Below are positions 47,317-58,811 of a stretch of 64,000 nucleotides of DNA, piece by piece. This DNA is from Podarcis muralis. Lineage: Eukaryota. The translations under genes and the position numbers were made by a program. Under the pieces are notes generated by a model. It worked only from the letters and a program-made list of their open reading frames with translations. It ran no database searches and was not told the DNA's origin. The DNA lies in NCBI RefSeq assembly GCF_964188315.1, contig NC_135664.1:57908001-57972000 (forward strand), in the 5' to 3' direction. Each line of letters opens with the position of its first letter. Positions within the stretch are counted from its first letter, which is position 1.

Positions 47317-48510
47317 AACCAGACAGGTTTATTAACAGGATTATATAAGGTTATTGGCAGGGTTCTTAATAGAGGTCTGCAATAGGTTTTCTCTTAGGTC
47401 AAAGGTACTCTAACATTTTGTGGGGATGATTAGGGAGGCAGGAGAGGATATATTATTTAATGATGTGCCCAAATAATATGCAGATACATCCATTTCAGAT
47501 CAATTAATCCAGAATGGGAGGAAGGTATGCTCCTGTGATTGTTCCCAGTTCACGAACAGCTGTTCTTGTTTGTGAACAAAGCTCTTTCTAGAAATCGAGT
47601 ACCTCATGTTACCTTCCCACCCGCTCCTCTCTACAAAGGCTTGTCTCTCCCTCAGCTCCCATCCTCTGAGTTTCCAAACTTGAAAGCTTTCCCACCAAAT
47701 CAGTTCCCCTCAGCCAGCTCCATTTGAGCTGCGCCTAAGGCTTTCATCCTGTAACTGGGTCACATCCACCTAAAGTAGCTCCAGCTGGGTTGAAGCAGGC
47801 CTGTGCCCAAGGGACGTTATATTCTGCCAAGCAGCATGTGCCCCCTGAGGGAGGGCCTCAATCCAAAAGCTATTAGAGAGCTTGTGCTACATGGAAAGCT
47901 AGCACCCATATATACTACATGTAGCTCCCAGAACCACACATTAGGAGCCTTTGGGACACTACTGAAGGAGAAGAAAAAATAAATATCCAGTAGCAGCAGG
48001 GCTGAGCATGAGATGGTGCCATAGCAGGCAATGAGTCACAGCAACAAAGCCCTGAGCTTGAGCAGTGGTTGGTGCTGTTGCCATTACCGCTGTCATCTCC
48101 TCTGCTTTCCCTGTCACAGGTGACTTGCATTCTCTCCTTATCACTGCCACTCCAGAACATCCTTTCCCTCTGTTTTCAGATAGGGTGACACGTCGGATAA
48201 GTCCCATTCTACATCACTTCTTGCTACAGTGGCAGATTCCTAGGCACTTTCTCTAAGCAAGGTTGGCAGCCTCGACTACTCCCCCTCAACCGAGACAGTA
48301 CATGATTCAGAAGGCTGATGGAAGAGGAGCGCTCTACTTTGGGTTTTGTTCGGTTGAACTGTTTGGCCTAAGACTCCTGTGAAGGCTTTTTCTGGGAAGT
48401 AAGTCTGAGCCAGGACTGGCCCAAGAAGACATTTTGGTTCCTGAGGGAGAAAAACAAGCCCTGTCTTCGTCTATCCTCTGTTTGGGGCCCATATTGGGAG
48501 AACAGGAAGA

Positions 48511-48511
<1 letters not shown>

Positions 48512-48576
<65 letters not shown>

Positions 48577-48580
48577 TATT
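48512..48580. repeat. Compound (ATT)n(ATC)n microsatellite
   Basis: Direct reading. Confidence 0.98.
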
Positions 48581-48739
48581 TCCTGTGGTTCTCCTGACAT
48601 GTCCTCACCCTGCTCCTAGAATGCCTCCTTTGTGCCCTCTGTGATGTTGAAGGGGTATCAGTTGCAAGCCCTCCTCAGCCTCCCAGAGGATATCCCTCTT
48701 TGAGGGTGAAACTCTCTTTCTGCCCTCAGACAGGAAATA

Positions 48740-48948
48740 CAGTCATACCTCAGACATTCTCGAAGTCCGTTCAACTTCCAAAACATTTGGAAACCAAAGT
48801 GCAGCTTCGGATTGGCTGCAGGAAGCTCCTGCAACCAATCAGAAGCTGCAAAAGCTGCCCTGGACGTTCAGCTTCCGAAAAGCGTTCAAAAACCGGAACA
48901 CTCAATTGTTCCGGAGCCAATTTGTTTGGAAGCCAAGGCATTCGACTG
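48740..48948. mobile_element. Tc1/mariner-type MITE
   Basis: TA|cagtc ... gactg|TA ends; internal inverted gattggctgcagga / tcctgcaaccaatc. Confidence 0.75.
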
Positions 48949-50559
48949 TACTGAAGAATCCTACGGTCCCTGGGACACCTCCTAGGGACCCAGCTTTCGT
49001 GTACAAAAAAATTTGGCTTTCTATGTGGTAGGGAAATGCAACATTTTGAAATGAAAGCTATTTGTGAGGGAAAACCAGTAATCTAATTCCATTTTTTAAA
49101 ATAAAAAAATGGCTTTCTTCTATCACAGTTTATTCTCTAATAGGACATACTCTTCTGCAACAGCCACATTCAACTGTTGTTGGAAGAGCACTGATGTTCT
49201 TAACATCAAACAGAGAAATAATGTGATGGTTTTCTCAAATTATTTGCCTTTGCAGCTTTAGCAAATGTGGGTGACAGGCAATCTGGGCTCCCTACAATAG
49301 CACAGAACTTCTAACTGCAGACTTTTTGCTTGAGAGTACAAAAACACAATGCAATACCATAAAATGGCTTCTACTGGTCCTTTCGTTTGTCTCATTTGTT
49401 TTGTCTTCAGGCATAGCTAATTATCCTGCCAGCCCTGTATTCATTCAGTCCCCCAAAGAGATTTTCAGTATTTTACTTTCTATGCTATTGTTTTCTTAAC
49501 AAACCACTCTTTCCTTTCCTGCCGCTTCGCTACTCGAAGAAAGGAATTAGTTTTTTAAAAGCCAGGCTTCCAGCGGCAATTTGAATTCAGCTATCAAATC
49601 ATGCCCAACAGGCTGAATATTTGGTAACAGAAGTTAATTAAAGCATGGGGCAATTTTAGCATCAATAAATGGTCTGTTCTGGCAAGAATGCCATGGCCTA
49701 TTGTCAAGTGCATTCAAAATATGCCTCACCTAGAGCTCTAAATAGAATCTCCCCTCCCTCAAGAAGAGTGTCCAGGATAAAAGAGAACATAAACATGCAA
49801 TATGCATGTTAATATGGAGCTCAGAACAGCTTTTTTTAGCCTCACCACAATCATGATAGAAGGCTGACAGTGTTGGTCAATTAACACACTATCCTTTTAG
49901 AGAGGGTGGGACTGCATGTAATCAATGCCCTTCATACCTGGGTTAGTATCAAGACCAAAGGTAGCCAATGTGGTGCTGGATGACGAAGGGTCTGAAGCCC
50001 ATAATTCCCATAATTCTTAGCTGGGGGGTAGAAGGATCTGCCAGTTTTGGTTCTCTCGTTTTTCCAGTCCTAAATTCAGTTCTCCACATTTCTGCAGCAA
50101 TTGGAGAATTCTTTTTATTTATTCATTTAAAGAAATTCTCTTGAGAGTTCACCAGCATTTTAATGCGAATTTCTCCAAGGAAACACATCTTTGTATTTCT
50201 GGTGTTTTTTGCAAGCAATTTTCCCTAATATATAGCATTTTCATATGCTATATTCACGAATATGTTCCTTTTTAAACACACTTCTCCTTAATACATGCAG
50301 GTTTGTAAACACGGTTTGGCTGGAGTGCTACATTGCAAAGTTCAGAGAAGTGTGAATTTCAAAGGATAGCTGAGTTTTGCACCTTTCTCACCTTTAAGTG
50401 AGTTCTCACCTTTAAATGAGAACTGAATCAAATTTCTCTTCTATCCCTAGTCCCAGACTTCATGGCCCAATGGTCAGAAATTATGGCAGTTGAAGTCCAG
50501 CAACATCTGTAGGGCAGCATGTTAAAGACTTTCACCTTCTTTCCTGTATTCATCAAATG

Positions 50560-51830
50560 CACAGAGTGTATGGGGCGGCATCTTCTTCTGGGGTAGTTTG
50601 TCCACCTTTGGTTCCCACCCTGCACTCAGCTTTCACCTGTGAGTCCTAGAAGCTGTTGGCATGTGACAACAGCCACATCCCAGAAACGGCTTTGATATGC
50701 CAGCTAATCCAGGTAAGGGGAACCAATGGGTCTCAAACTCTTGCTGAGTTAGGGACTTTCCCTGCATGTGAAGACAGGCTCCAGCAGATTGACCGGGCGA
50801 GACCAATAGTGGGTCCAATGGTTAAGGTTCTTCACGTGCTGCAGAGGGAAGGGAGGAGTAGCAGAGGCAGAGAAAGGTGGGTGCGGTGGGTGCAGCCTGC
50901 CCTGGGTGCCATCACCTTCACCACCACCCCGATGCTTGCTGCAGGGGGTGCACCCCCCAGGAGGCTCGCGGCGGCCAACGCGCACACCCCCGGGACATGC
51001 ACCCCACCCTCTGCTGCAGATATGTGGGATTGTTACAGGTCACATGTCTGTTTACATTCCAGCACATATTGCTGGAGTCCCATGAGTGGAAGATCCACTC
51101 TGTATTGCTTTTGTTTTCTCTCTCTCTGAGAAGTACAAGCAGAGAGGCTATGTTTTTCTTTGTCCTGATTTATGTATAATAAATGCGTAGTTTAGTATAG
51201 TATCCATGCCTCAAGCCTGATCTGTTGTGTGTTTACTCTGCTGAGTAATGTGTGCTCCTGCTAAATAGCTGGAGTCGTGGACACATGTCGGAGGAGGATG
51301 ACTGATGGATCTCTGCAGCGGCAAGGCTGAGAAGGGAGACACTCTGGCTGGGGCCAAGCCAGCTGGCTTTCCATCCCATGGTCCCCGCCCCCCGGGTGCA
51401 CACCGCTCCAGGTGCCGTAGCAGCTAGCTCCGCCTCTGAGGAGCAGATGGGGTTCGGCAACCTGGGAAGGTAGCCCACCTAGGAGAAGAAAAACTCTATC
51501 CTTAACCTCCACTGCCTTGTGGGATATCTTTGGGAGAAGAAAAGGCTAAGGAGTAATCTCTACACAAATCCGGAGTGGAGTCGGTTGGATGGTGCCTTGT
51601 ATGCCTCCTTCCGGCAACTTCTGGTGCCAAATGTGTTGCTCTGCTTTCCTTTGGACCACATCAGTGAAGCTGAGAGAGGGGTCTTGTCGTCTGGGCATCC
51701 CAGGACCTCCATACACACTGCCCAAGCTTGTGCTCTGGAGAGGTCACTTCGGTGCTGCTGGTGCAGCAGTTTGACTTCACCTCCAGAGGTGCACTCCATT
51801 GTCTCTTGAGACAGATGGATGCCAGCAACT
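50560..51830. mobile_element. Non-coding repeat, probably the 5' region of an RTE-clade LINE, carrying nested insertions
   Basis: Resembles recalled lizard RTE 5' UTR sequence; shares aggtgcactcc...tgagacagatggatg (51787-51821) with 46940-46968. Confidence 0.4.
50862..51438. mobile_element. hAT-like element nested in the RTE-like repeat
   Basis: Ends cagaggcaga / ctccgcctctg; 8-bp TSD aggagtag/aggagcag. Confidence 0.8.
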
Positions 51831-52164
51831 GCTTGTATTGGCTGGCAATGGACAGAAACCTTCTTTAAAAGGTCTCTGTCATTTGGAAGCCAGTGCAATT
51901 GGTATCCACTTACAGAGTCTGCTTCCAGACCCCTCTCAGTCCCAGCAAGACTGACTGATGAGGAGTACTTTTGAGCTTGTTCTGGATACATTTACCTCCC
52001 TACTGAATCCAATATCTTGTTGCCCCCCCCCCCTTACATCTAGGATCATGGTGTGGGTAGCTGATTGTGTAGCTTTATGTCCTGATACCTCTATTTTATA
52101 TATATATATAAATTAAGCAATGGGCTCCATATCCTGTTTCGAACCCATGAAAGAAATAGAGCAC

Positions 52165-52310
52165 ACTGGTGTTGTGCTGGAGTGGTTAGTCATACATAAA
52201 CCCCAGAGATCCAGGTTCAAATCCCCCACCTCTCTTAGAAGCTGATTGGGTAACTTTGGACCAATCACATTTTCAGCCTTGCTTACATCACAGGGTTGTT
52301 TTGAGGTAAA
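52165..52310 (+). mobile_element. Degenerate tRNA/CORE-type SINE
   Basis: GGAGTGGTTAG A-box-like and GGTTCAAATCC B-box-like motifs followed by ctgattgggtaactttggaccaatcac. Confidence 0.55.
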
Positions 52311-54049
52311 ATGCTATCAATTCCACTCCCCAAGTAAGCCATCCTGAGCTTCTTAGAGGAAGGATGAGAAGCAAATGAATGTGATAAATTAAGCAGACTG
52401 CATGAAGAGCAATTCCATAATCCCATGAATTAAATGCTGTAGGAACTGTCAGCAGTTTCCCCCTGGAAGGTCTCCTGGAAAAAAAACCCAACAGCTGAAG
52501 CTTGCTGCACTGCTACAACTTCAAATCAGAGAAGCTTTCACCGTTGACGTCTTGCCTGCTGCTCAGCTGCTTAAAACACAGGAGCACTGGAAGGAGAAAA
52601 AATATACATGGACAACTGCAGTCTACAGCTATCACCCCATCAAGGGACTATACATTTTAAAAATAGGAAAATAAAAGGCAAGCACATAATATCCCTACAG
52701 CTATAGTGCATTGTGGGTATGGAATTTAATTTAACAGACCCTTGCAAAGTGCTGAAGAAGGTATTGACTGAGCACATACTCTGAGCTCTGTTGATGGATT
52801 TGCCCCTGTTGCATCATATCTCCATGCTGAGAATTTCCCTAGGAATTCATGCTTAGAAACCCAAAGAGGCACCTACCTCCTATCAAGGTCTTGCATAAGA
52901 TCTTTTTGTGGTATCCAGGGCAGCTGGAGGGAGCATCTGGCAGAGGAAATGCATACCAAACAGCCCCAGTTGGAGAGTTGGAGCCCCCACCGCACCGTGA
53001 GCTTGTGATCCTCCCCACACAATATGTCCTTACTGATATTGACAAGCTGCTAATAAGCTCTGAACTCATGTCTGATCAATTCGACACTTGGCTGGACTCT
53101 ATTGGGGAAAACACAACCCCACGTGTTCTTGCAGCCATGGCCTGGAGAGACGACTATTCAAGGGCACAAGAGTACATGGGGAAACCAAAGAGAGGCATTG
53201 CCAAAAAGAGAGAGGGCTGGCATGGGACTCAAGGAGCTATAGGAACTTTGAAGAACAGTGTAAGAGGAAATGTGTCAAGATCATGCACTGGAATTAGAGT
53301 GGGCACTATGCACTATGGCTGATTTTGCTACTTGAGGACCCTTGATGACAGCCCAGGGGAAACCTGCTTAAGAGCCAACATTTTTGCTGGAGTAGCAGGT
53401 GGATGTAATTTTTCTTTCAAGCACCATTATGGATACACTTCAAGCCAACTGTGTGTGGCCACCCCCCATTTTGCTCCCATGAAGTCGTGTGGGCTGGGTC
53501 ATTGCATGGCACTGGATGTCTTAATCAGTTGAGTAGTCCAACCTTCACTGAGGGCAGGCTCACACATGAATAGTCCTCATTTGATGACTGTGTGAATTAG
53601 ACATCATGGATCAAACACCACAGAGGCAACTCCCATATCACCTCAACGGTATGCTAAGGCTTTTCAGTAGTGTGGATTTGCAAGTTCAGAGACAACACAC
53701 ACAATCTTAAGTAATCAATTGCACCACTTCAGAGTGTGTTGGGATATCCCCTCATGTGAAGAACTCCCCCTTCTAATACACTCTCATATGTCAAAGGGGA
53801 TGACTCCATTAGAAGGTGCAGAAAGGTTTGTGTTTTTTAATGTGGGAAAGCATTCAAACAACCGCCATCTCCATGCATTCAGAAGTGGGATAGTCTGGCA
53901 ATTGATACATCAGGTGCAGCTGCTAATTACGTAGCTTGGCTGTCAGCTGTGATTTATAAAACCATTAGGAGTAAAGCTGTGTGAATCGGATCTGGATTGG
54001 GCTGATGTACATTTGCACAACCTCTCTAATTCATTTGGGCTGAGCTGCT

Positions 54050-54225
54050 TGACAGTGGAGCAGACTCCCTCGGAAAGCGGTGGACCATCCTTCATTCAAA
54101 GTTTTTAAGCAGTGGTTGGATGGCAATCTGCCATGGATGCTTTAGTTGAGATTCCTGCATTGCAGGCTGTTGGACTGGATAAGCCTCAAGGTCCTTTCCA
54201 ACTCTACAATTCCACAATTCTATGA
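54050..54225 (+). mobile_element. CR1 LINE 3' end
   Basis: ...gtttttaagcag.ggttggatggc.atctg..atggatgcttt..ttgagattcctgcattgcagg...ttccaactctacaattc...attctatga. Confidence 0.8.
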
Positions 54226-54280
54226 AAACAAATAGGATCCTCTATACGGAAACTGAAGAGAGCTTAAAGAGACTATTGGT

Positions 54281-54630
54281 AAAAAGGTAAAGGTACCCCT
54301 GCCTGTACGGGCCAGTCTTGACAGACTCTAGGGTTGTGCGCCCATCTCACTCTATAGGCCGGGGGCCAGCGCTGTCCGCAGACACTTCCGGGTCACGTGG
54401 CCAGCGTGACAAGCTGCATCTGGCGAGCCAGCGCAGCACACGGAACGCCATTTACCTTCCCGCTAGTAAGCGGTCCCTATTTATCTATTTGCACCCGGAG
54501 ATGCTTTCGAACTGCTAGGTTGGCAGGCGCTGGGACCGAATGACGGGAGCGCACCCCGCCGCGGGGATTCGAACCACCAACCTTTCGATCGGCAAGTCCT
54601 AGGTGCTGAGGCTTTAACCCACAGCGCCAC
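54281..54630 (-). mobile_element. Sauria SINE (different subfamily from the 33.7 and 35.3 kb copies), lacking its first ~8 nt
   Basis: aaaggtaaaggt tail, cttccgggtca.gtggccagc.tgac core, ggattcgaacc B-box; CpG-rich. Confidence 0.9.
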
Positions 54631-54975
54631 CCTAAATGCCCTTGGCCCAGTATACCTGAAGGAGCATCTCTACCCCCATCGTTCTTCCCAGACGCTGAGG
54701 TCCAGCGCCGAGGGCCTTCTGGAGGTTCCCTCACTGTGAGAAGTGAGGCTACAGGGAACCAAGCAGAGGGCCTTCTTAGCAGTGGCACCCGCCCTGTGGA
54801 ATGCCCTCCCTTCAGATGTCAAGGAAATAAACAACTATCTGACTTTTAGAAGACATCTGAAGGCAACCCTTCAGGGAAGGGAAGTTTTTAATGTTTGATG
54901 TTTTATGGTTTTTTTAATATTCTGTTGGGAGCTGCCCAGAGTGGCTGGGGAAACCAGCTAGATGGGCAGGGTATT

Positions 54976-55022
<47 letters not shown>

Positions 55023-55023
55023 C
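54631..55023 (+). mobile_element. L2 LINE 3' fragment with (AAC)16 tail
   Basis: LNALGPVYLKEHL-like start, agggccttc....gtggcacccgccctgtggaatgccctccc, then a T-rich 3' UTR. Confidence 0.8.
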
Positions 55024-56347
55024 GTATATTATTATACATGGGAAGATGAGTCTTAGAGGGCTCTGGGTCTCAGAGAATGGGAGAAGGGCAAGTTCTGGAT
55101 CCTGATCTGGAAGGCTTGTGAGAGTGCAGTGCCCATAAGCCAAAAATATATCTCGTAGAGTACAGTTGCACTCATGTTCTGCTTGTGAGTTTCCTATAGG
55201 CATCTGCTTGGCCTCTGTGAGAACACGGACTGGGTGTCTCTTCAGCCTGATCCACCAGGGCTCTTTTGATGTTCTTATAGATAAGGGCACCAAAATAGTG
55301 AGGATCAGTTTTGTCTCTAAGCAGAACAACCTGTCCCCCATAGAATATGTCACATAATTAGTAGAAAGCCTCTGCCACAATAAGTTTATTAGTCTTTAAG
55401 GTGGTACAGAACTCTTATCTTTTGTGGTGAGTACCAAGGTCCAAACCAGAGTTGAGCAAAATGCATATTTAAGAAAGAACATCAGAGTTTAATATATATG
55501 GGTGGATTTTCATCTGAACTCCGGTGCATAGGAATTGGAAGTTTAACCCATCCCCTCACAGCTGCAATCCTGACTAAAGTTCCCCTGTGCTGCTATTAGC
55601 TGTAGAAAAAAGTTCCTGTTGGTGGCACTTCATAGCAGCATAGGGACATTTTTTGTCCAAATCACAGCTGGGGAGGGAAGGCTTAAACCTCTTACCTACA
55701 TATTCTGCAGTCCCAATAAAAACCACCCTCCACAGTTATTATTTTTAAACCCTGATGATGTTTCTAATGACGCATTTAGTCCAGCTAGTCCAATGACACA
55801 TTCCTGTCTAGTTTGACCTCAAGAGGCAGTCGCTGACAGATTTAAATTAGCAGTCCATGAAGCCAATGGGCCACTGCTTATAGATGCCCACTCAAGTCTA
55901 CATTGTTGAGCAGTGTCTGTATTTGATTCAGAATATGGAAATACTCATAATACCCACTTCAACAACACCTCCGCCAGAGAGCCGAATCCAATAATGTCAG
56001 TCAAAAATAGGGATGCTCTTTTGTACTTGTAATTTAACATCCTTGTTCTTCCAGCAAGGGTCAGTGCTTCTGAGATGCCCTCACATTGCTGAAGGCTCTT
56101 CTTCACCAGCTGTACGCTGCATTCACTAGGCCAGTACTGACTTCTTTTTGTTTAAAGCGTGTTTCCACACCCTCCAATTAAAGAGGATACTGATCTATAA
56201 TATGCAATCAAGTGTAACCTTTCAAGATGAATCTTGTCAGGTTCCACACTCATGCTTTACATATCAGGGTGTGCAGTTAAAACACTCCTAAAGATATAAC
56301 ACATGGGGGGCTTTAACAAATGCTCCAGTTGATAATGGAGAGAGAAA

Positions 56348-56660
56348 GGGCTTATCCACACTTACCTTTTCTCCACACTTTCCAGGTATGGTTCAAACTT
56401 TAAAGCTCCATGTCTGAGCCCCCCCCCCTTTTTTTTTTTGCTCTGGAGTTTTGCCTACAAAAACCCACTCTTTAAAGCTGAATCAGAACAAATGGTAATC
56501 TGTGGGAAACCTGAATTGCCATTTGCTCCAATTCAGCTTTAAGGAGTGGATTTTTGTGGGGAAAGCTCTAGAGCGAAAAAGGGGCACTTAGAAATGGAGC
56601 TTTAAAGTGCAGACTTGTGCCTGGAAAGAGCGAGGCAAAGGGGTCAGTGTGGATAAGCCC
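56348..56660. mobile_element. PIF/Harbinger-like palindromic MITE (313 bp)
   Basis: Perfect 14-bp TIRs gggcttatccacac / gtgtggataagccc; 3-bp flanks AAA/AAA; interior is an imperfect inverted repeat. Confidence 0.85.
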
Positions 56661-56849
56661 AAATAAGAGTTGTAAGGAGTGATAAGAGGCCATTCCCCCA
56701 TGCTGCCCCACTGGGAAAGAAAGGGAAGCATTCCACCAGTTTTGCCAAAAGACTAGCTGTATCGGGCACCTCCTCCCCCTGAACTGTGCCAGCTAGTCAT
56801 TATAAGAACAACTGTTTGAAAGTTGGCGCCTGAGATTGATCTCCCCCCT

Positions 56850-57005
56850 TCCCTCCCTGTCCGTTTCCCCTTGTGTGTCATTTTTTTGTTTTAGATTGTA
56901 AGCCTGTGGGCAGGGACTGTCTTGCTTTAATTGATTGTACACAAGCCGCTCTGGGAGCCTTTTTTGGCTGAAGGCTGTTATCCAAATGAACTAAATAAAT
57001 AAATA
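56850..57005 (+). mobile_element. L2-type 3' end
   Basis: ttagattgtaagcctg.gggcagggactgtc...tg.aagccgctctgggagcc...(aaat)n tail. Confidence 0.65.
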
Positions 57006-57135
57006 GTTGGAATGGAGTAAAAGAGAAGAAAAAAAGATCATTGTGGGAAGAGCCTGGGACGTGAAATGGATGTGAAGAGTGTCGAAACGCCAGAGCAGAG
57101 CAATGCAGGGCAGAAAACTGTGTGGCTCGAGGAAT

Positions 57136-57136
<1 letters not shown>

Positions 57137-57174
<38 letters not shown>
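57137..57174. repeat. (GT)19 microsatellite
   Basis: Direct reading. Confidence 0.98.
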
Positions 57175-57178
<4 letters not shown>

Positions 57179-57358
57179 CCTGCAGCTTGCTTGCTCATGT
57201 GACCTGTTGGCAGGAAATGAGCATTTGTCTCTGGTGATATGATTTCATCCCCCATGGGGGAGTTATTGCTGTCAATAGAATTGGACAGCTAGAAATTGCT
57301 TTGCAGTCACTTCATAGGCCATATGTCAGCCCCTTGGCAGTATTACTGGCTGAATTAC

Positions 57359-57513
57359 CTGTAGGTGCTGATGACACCTCTGCCTGGGGTCACTGCAGAG
57401 GAGCTTCCCTCTCTCCCTCCCTCCCTCCCTCCCCACCCCTGGCCAGTTTCTTCCAACGAGAGAGGGAGACTTCCGAATGCTCTATCAAGGTTGCAAAGCA
57501 TCTCTATTTATAG
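57359..57513 (-). promoter_or_regulatory. Candidate TATA promoter plus ~120-nt non-coding first exon of the GAT1-like gene
   Basis: Minus strand reads gccgcTATAAATAG (57513-57504), a possible start site ~30 nt downstream, an ATG-free purine-rich leader, then a good donor CTACAG|gtaatt at 57359/57358. CpGs are locally enriched. It points toward the acceptor at 40186. Confidence 0.5.
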
Positions 57514-57900
57514 CGGCGAACCAAAGTCTCACATACTTGCAATGCCAACAGTGATATATTTATTCAGCAGGATCCTGTCACAACATGTACATCAGACCGG
57601 GGCAATTAAGAAATGGAAAATACAAGGACATTCATTCTCTTTCCAAGGCATTCATGCATATGTATTATTCTAGGGTGCAGAGAGCACGAGAACTTCATAT
57701 ACACAGTCAGATAAACATCTCATCCCATGAGCGAAGCCGATGTTTTCGGAACAAGCGCAAACCCCGCATCCCATAAGCACTGTGGTCACATACAAAACAG
57801 GACAGGATTGGCTGTACAGTGTCACCTGATTTTTCAGGACCAGGAGGATACTGGACTCTGATTAGAGCATCTTGGCTTAAGCTTTCTGTAGCTCCATTCT

Positions 57901-58811
57901 ACATTGTCCCATTCTATATTGTCCCCCTGCTTATTTAACTTATATGCAGAATTCATCATGCGAAAGGCTGGGCTGGATGAATCCCAAGCCGGAATTAAGA
58001 TCGCCGGAAGAAATATCAACAACCTCAGATATGCAGATGACACTACCTTGATGGCAGAAAGTGAGGAGGAATTAAAGAACCTTTTAATGAGGGTGAAAGA
58101 GGAGAGCGCAAAATATGGTCTGAAGCTCAACATCAAAAAAACGAAGATCATGGCCACTGGTCCCATCACCTCCTGGCAAATAGAAGGGGAAGAAATGGAG
58201 GCAGTGAGAGATTTTATTTTCTTGGGCTCCATGATCACTGCAGATGGTGACAGCAGTCACGAAATTAAAAGACGCCTGCTCCTTGGGAGAAAGGCGATGG
58301 CAAATCTAGACAACATCTTAAAAAGTAGAGACATCACCTTACCAACAAAGGTCCGTATAATTAAAGCCATGGTTTTCCCAGTAGTGATGTATGGAAGTGA
58401 GAGCTGGACCATAAAGAAGGCTGATCGCCGAAGAATTGATGCTTTTGAATTATGGTGCTGGAGGAGACTCTTGAGAGTCCCATGGACTGCAAGAAGATCA
58501 AACGCATCCATTCTTAAGGAAATCAGACCTGAGTGCTCACTGGAAGGACAGATCGTGAAGCTGAGGCTCCAATACTTTGGCCACCTCATGAGAAGAGAAG
58601 ACTCCCTGGAAAAGACCCTGATGTTGGGAAAGATGGAGGGCACAAGGAGAAGGGGACGACAGAGGATGAGATGGTTGGATAATGTTCTCGAAGCTACAAA
58701 CATGAGCCTGACCAAACTGCGGGAGGCGGTGGAAGACAGGAGTGCCTGGCGTGCTCTGGTCCATGGGGTCACGAAGAGTCGGACACGACTAAACGACTAA
58801 ACAACAACAAC
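57901..58811 (+). mobile_element. 5'-truncated RTE-BovB LINE with an uninterrupted RT C-terminal ORF (298 codons)
   Basis: ILSPCLFNLY, NNLRYADD, FIFLGS, WTARRSN, TKSRTRLND*; (CAA)n tail; TSD agctccattct (57890-57900, 58812-58822). Confidence 0.97.

Noticed and set aside
58257-58772. 171-aa antisense ORF over BovB (and 44246-44581)
   Set aside because: Shadow frame on the reverse strand of the BovB RT; recurs in both copies and has no independent support.
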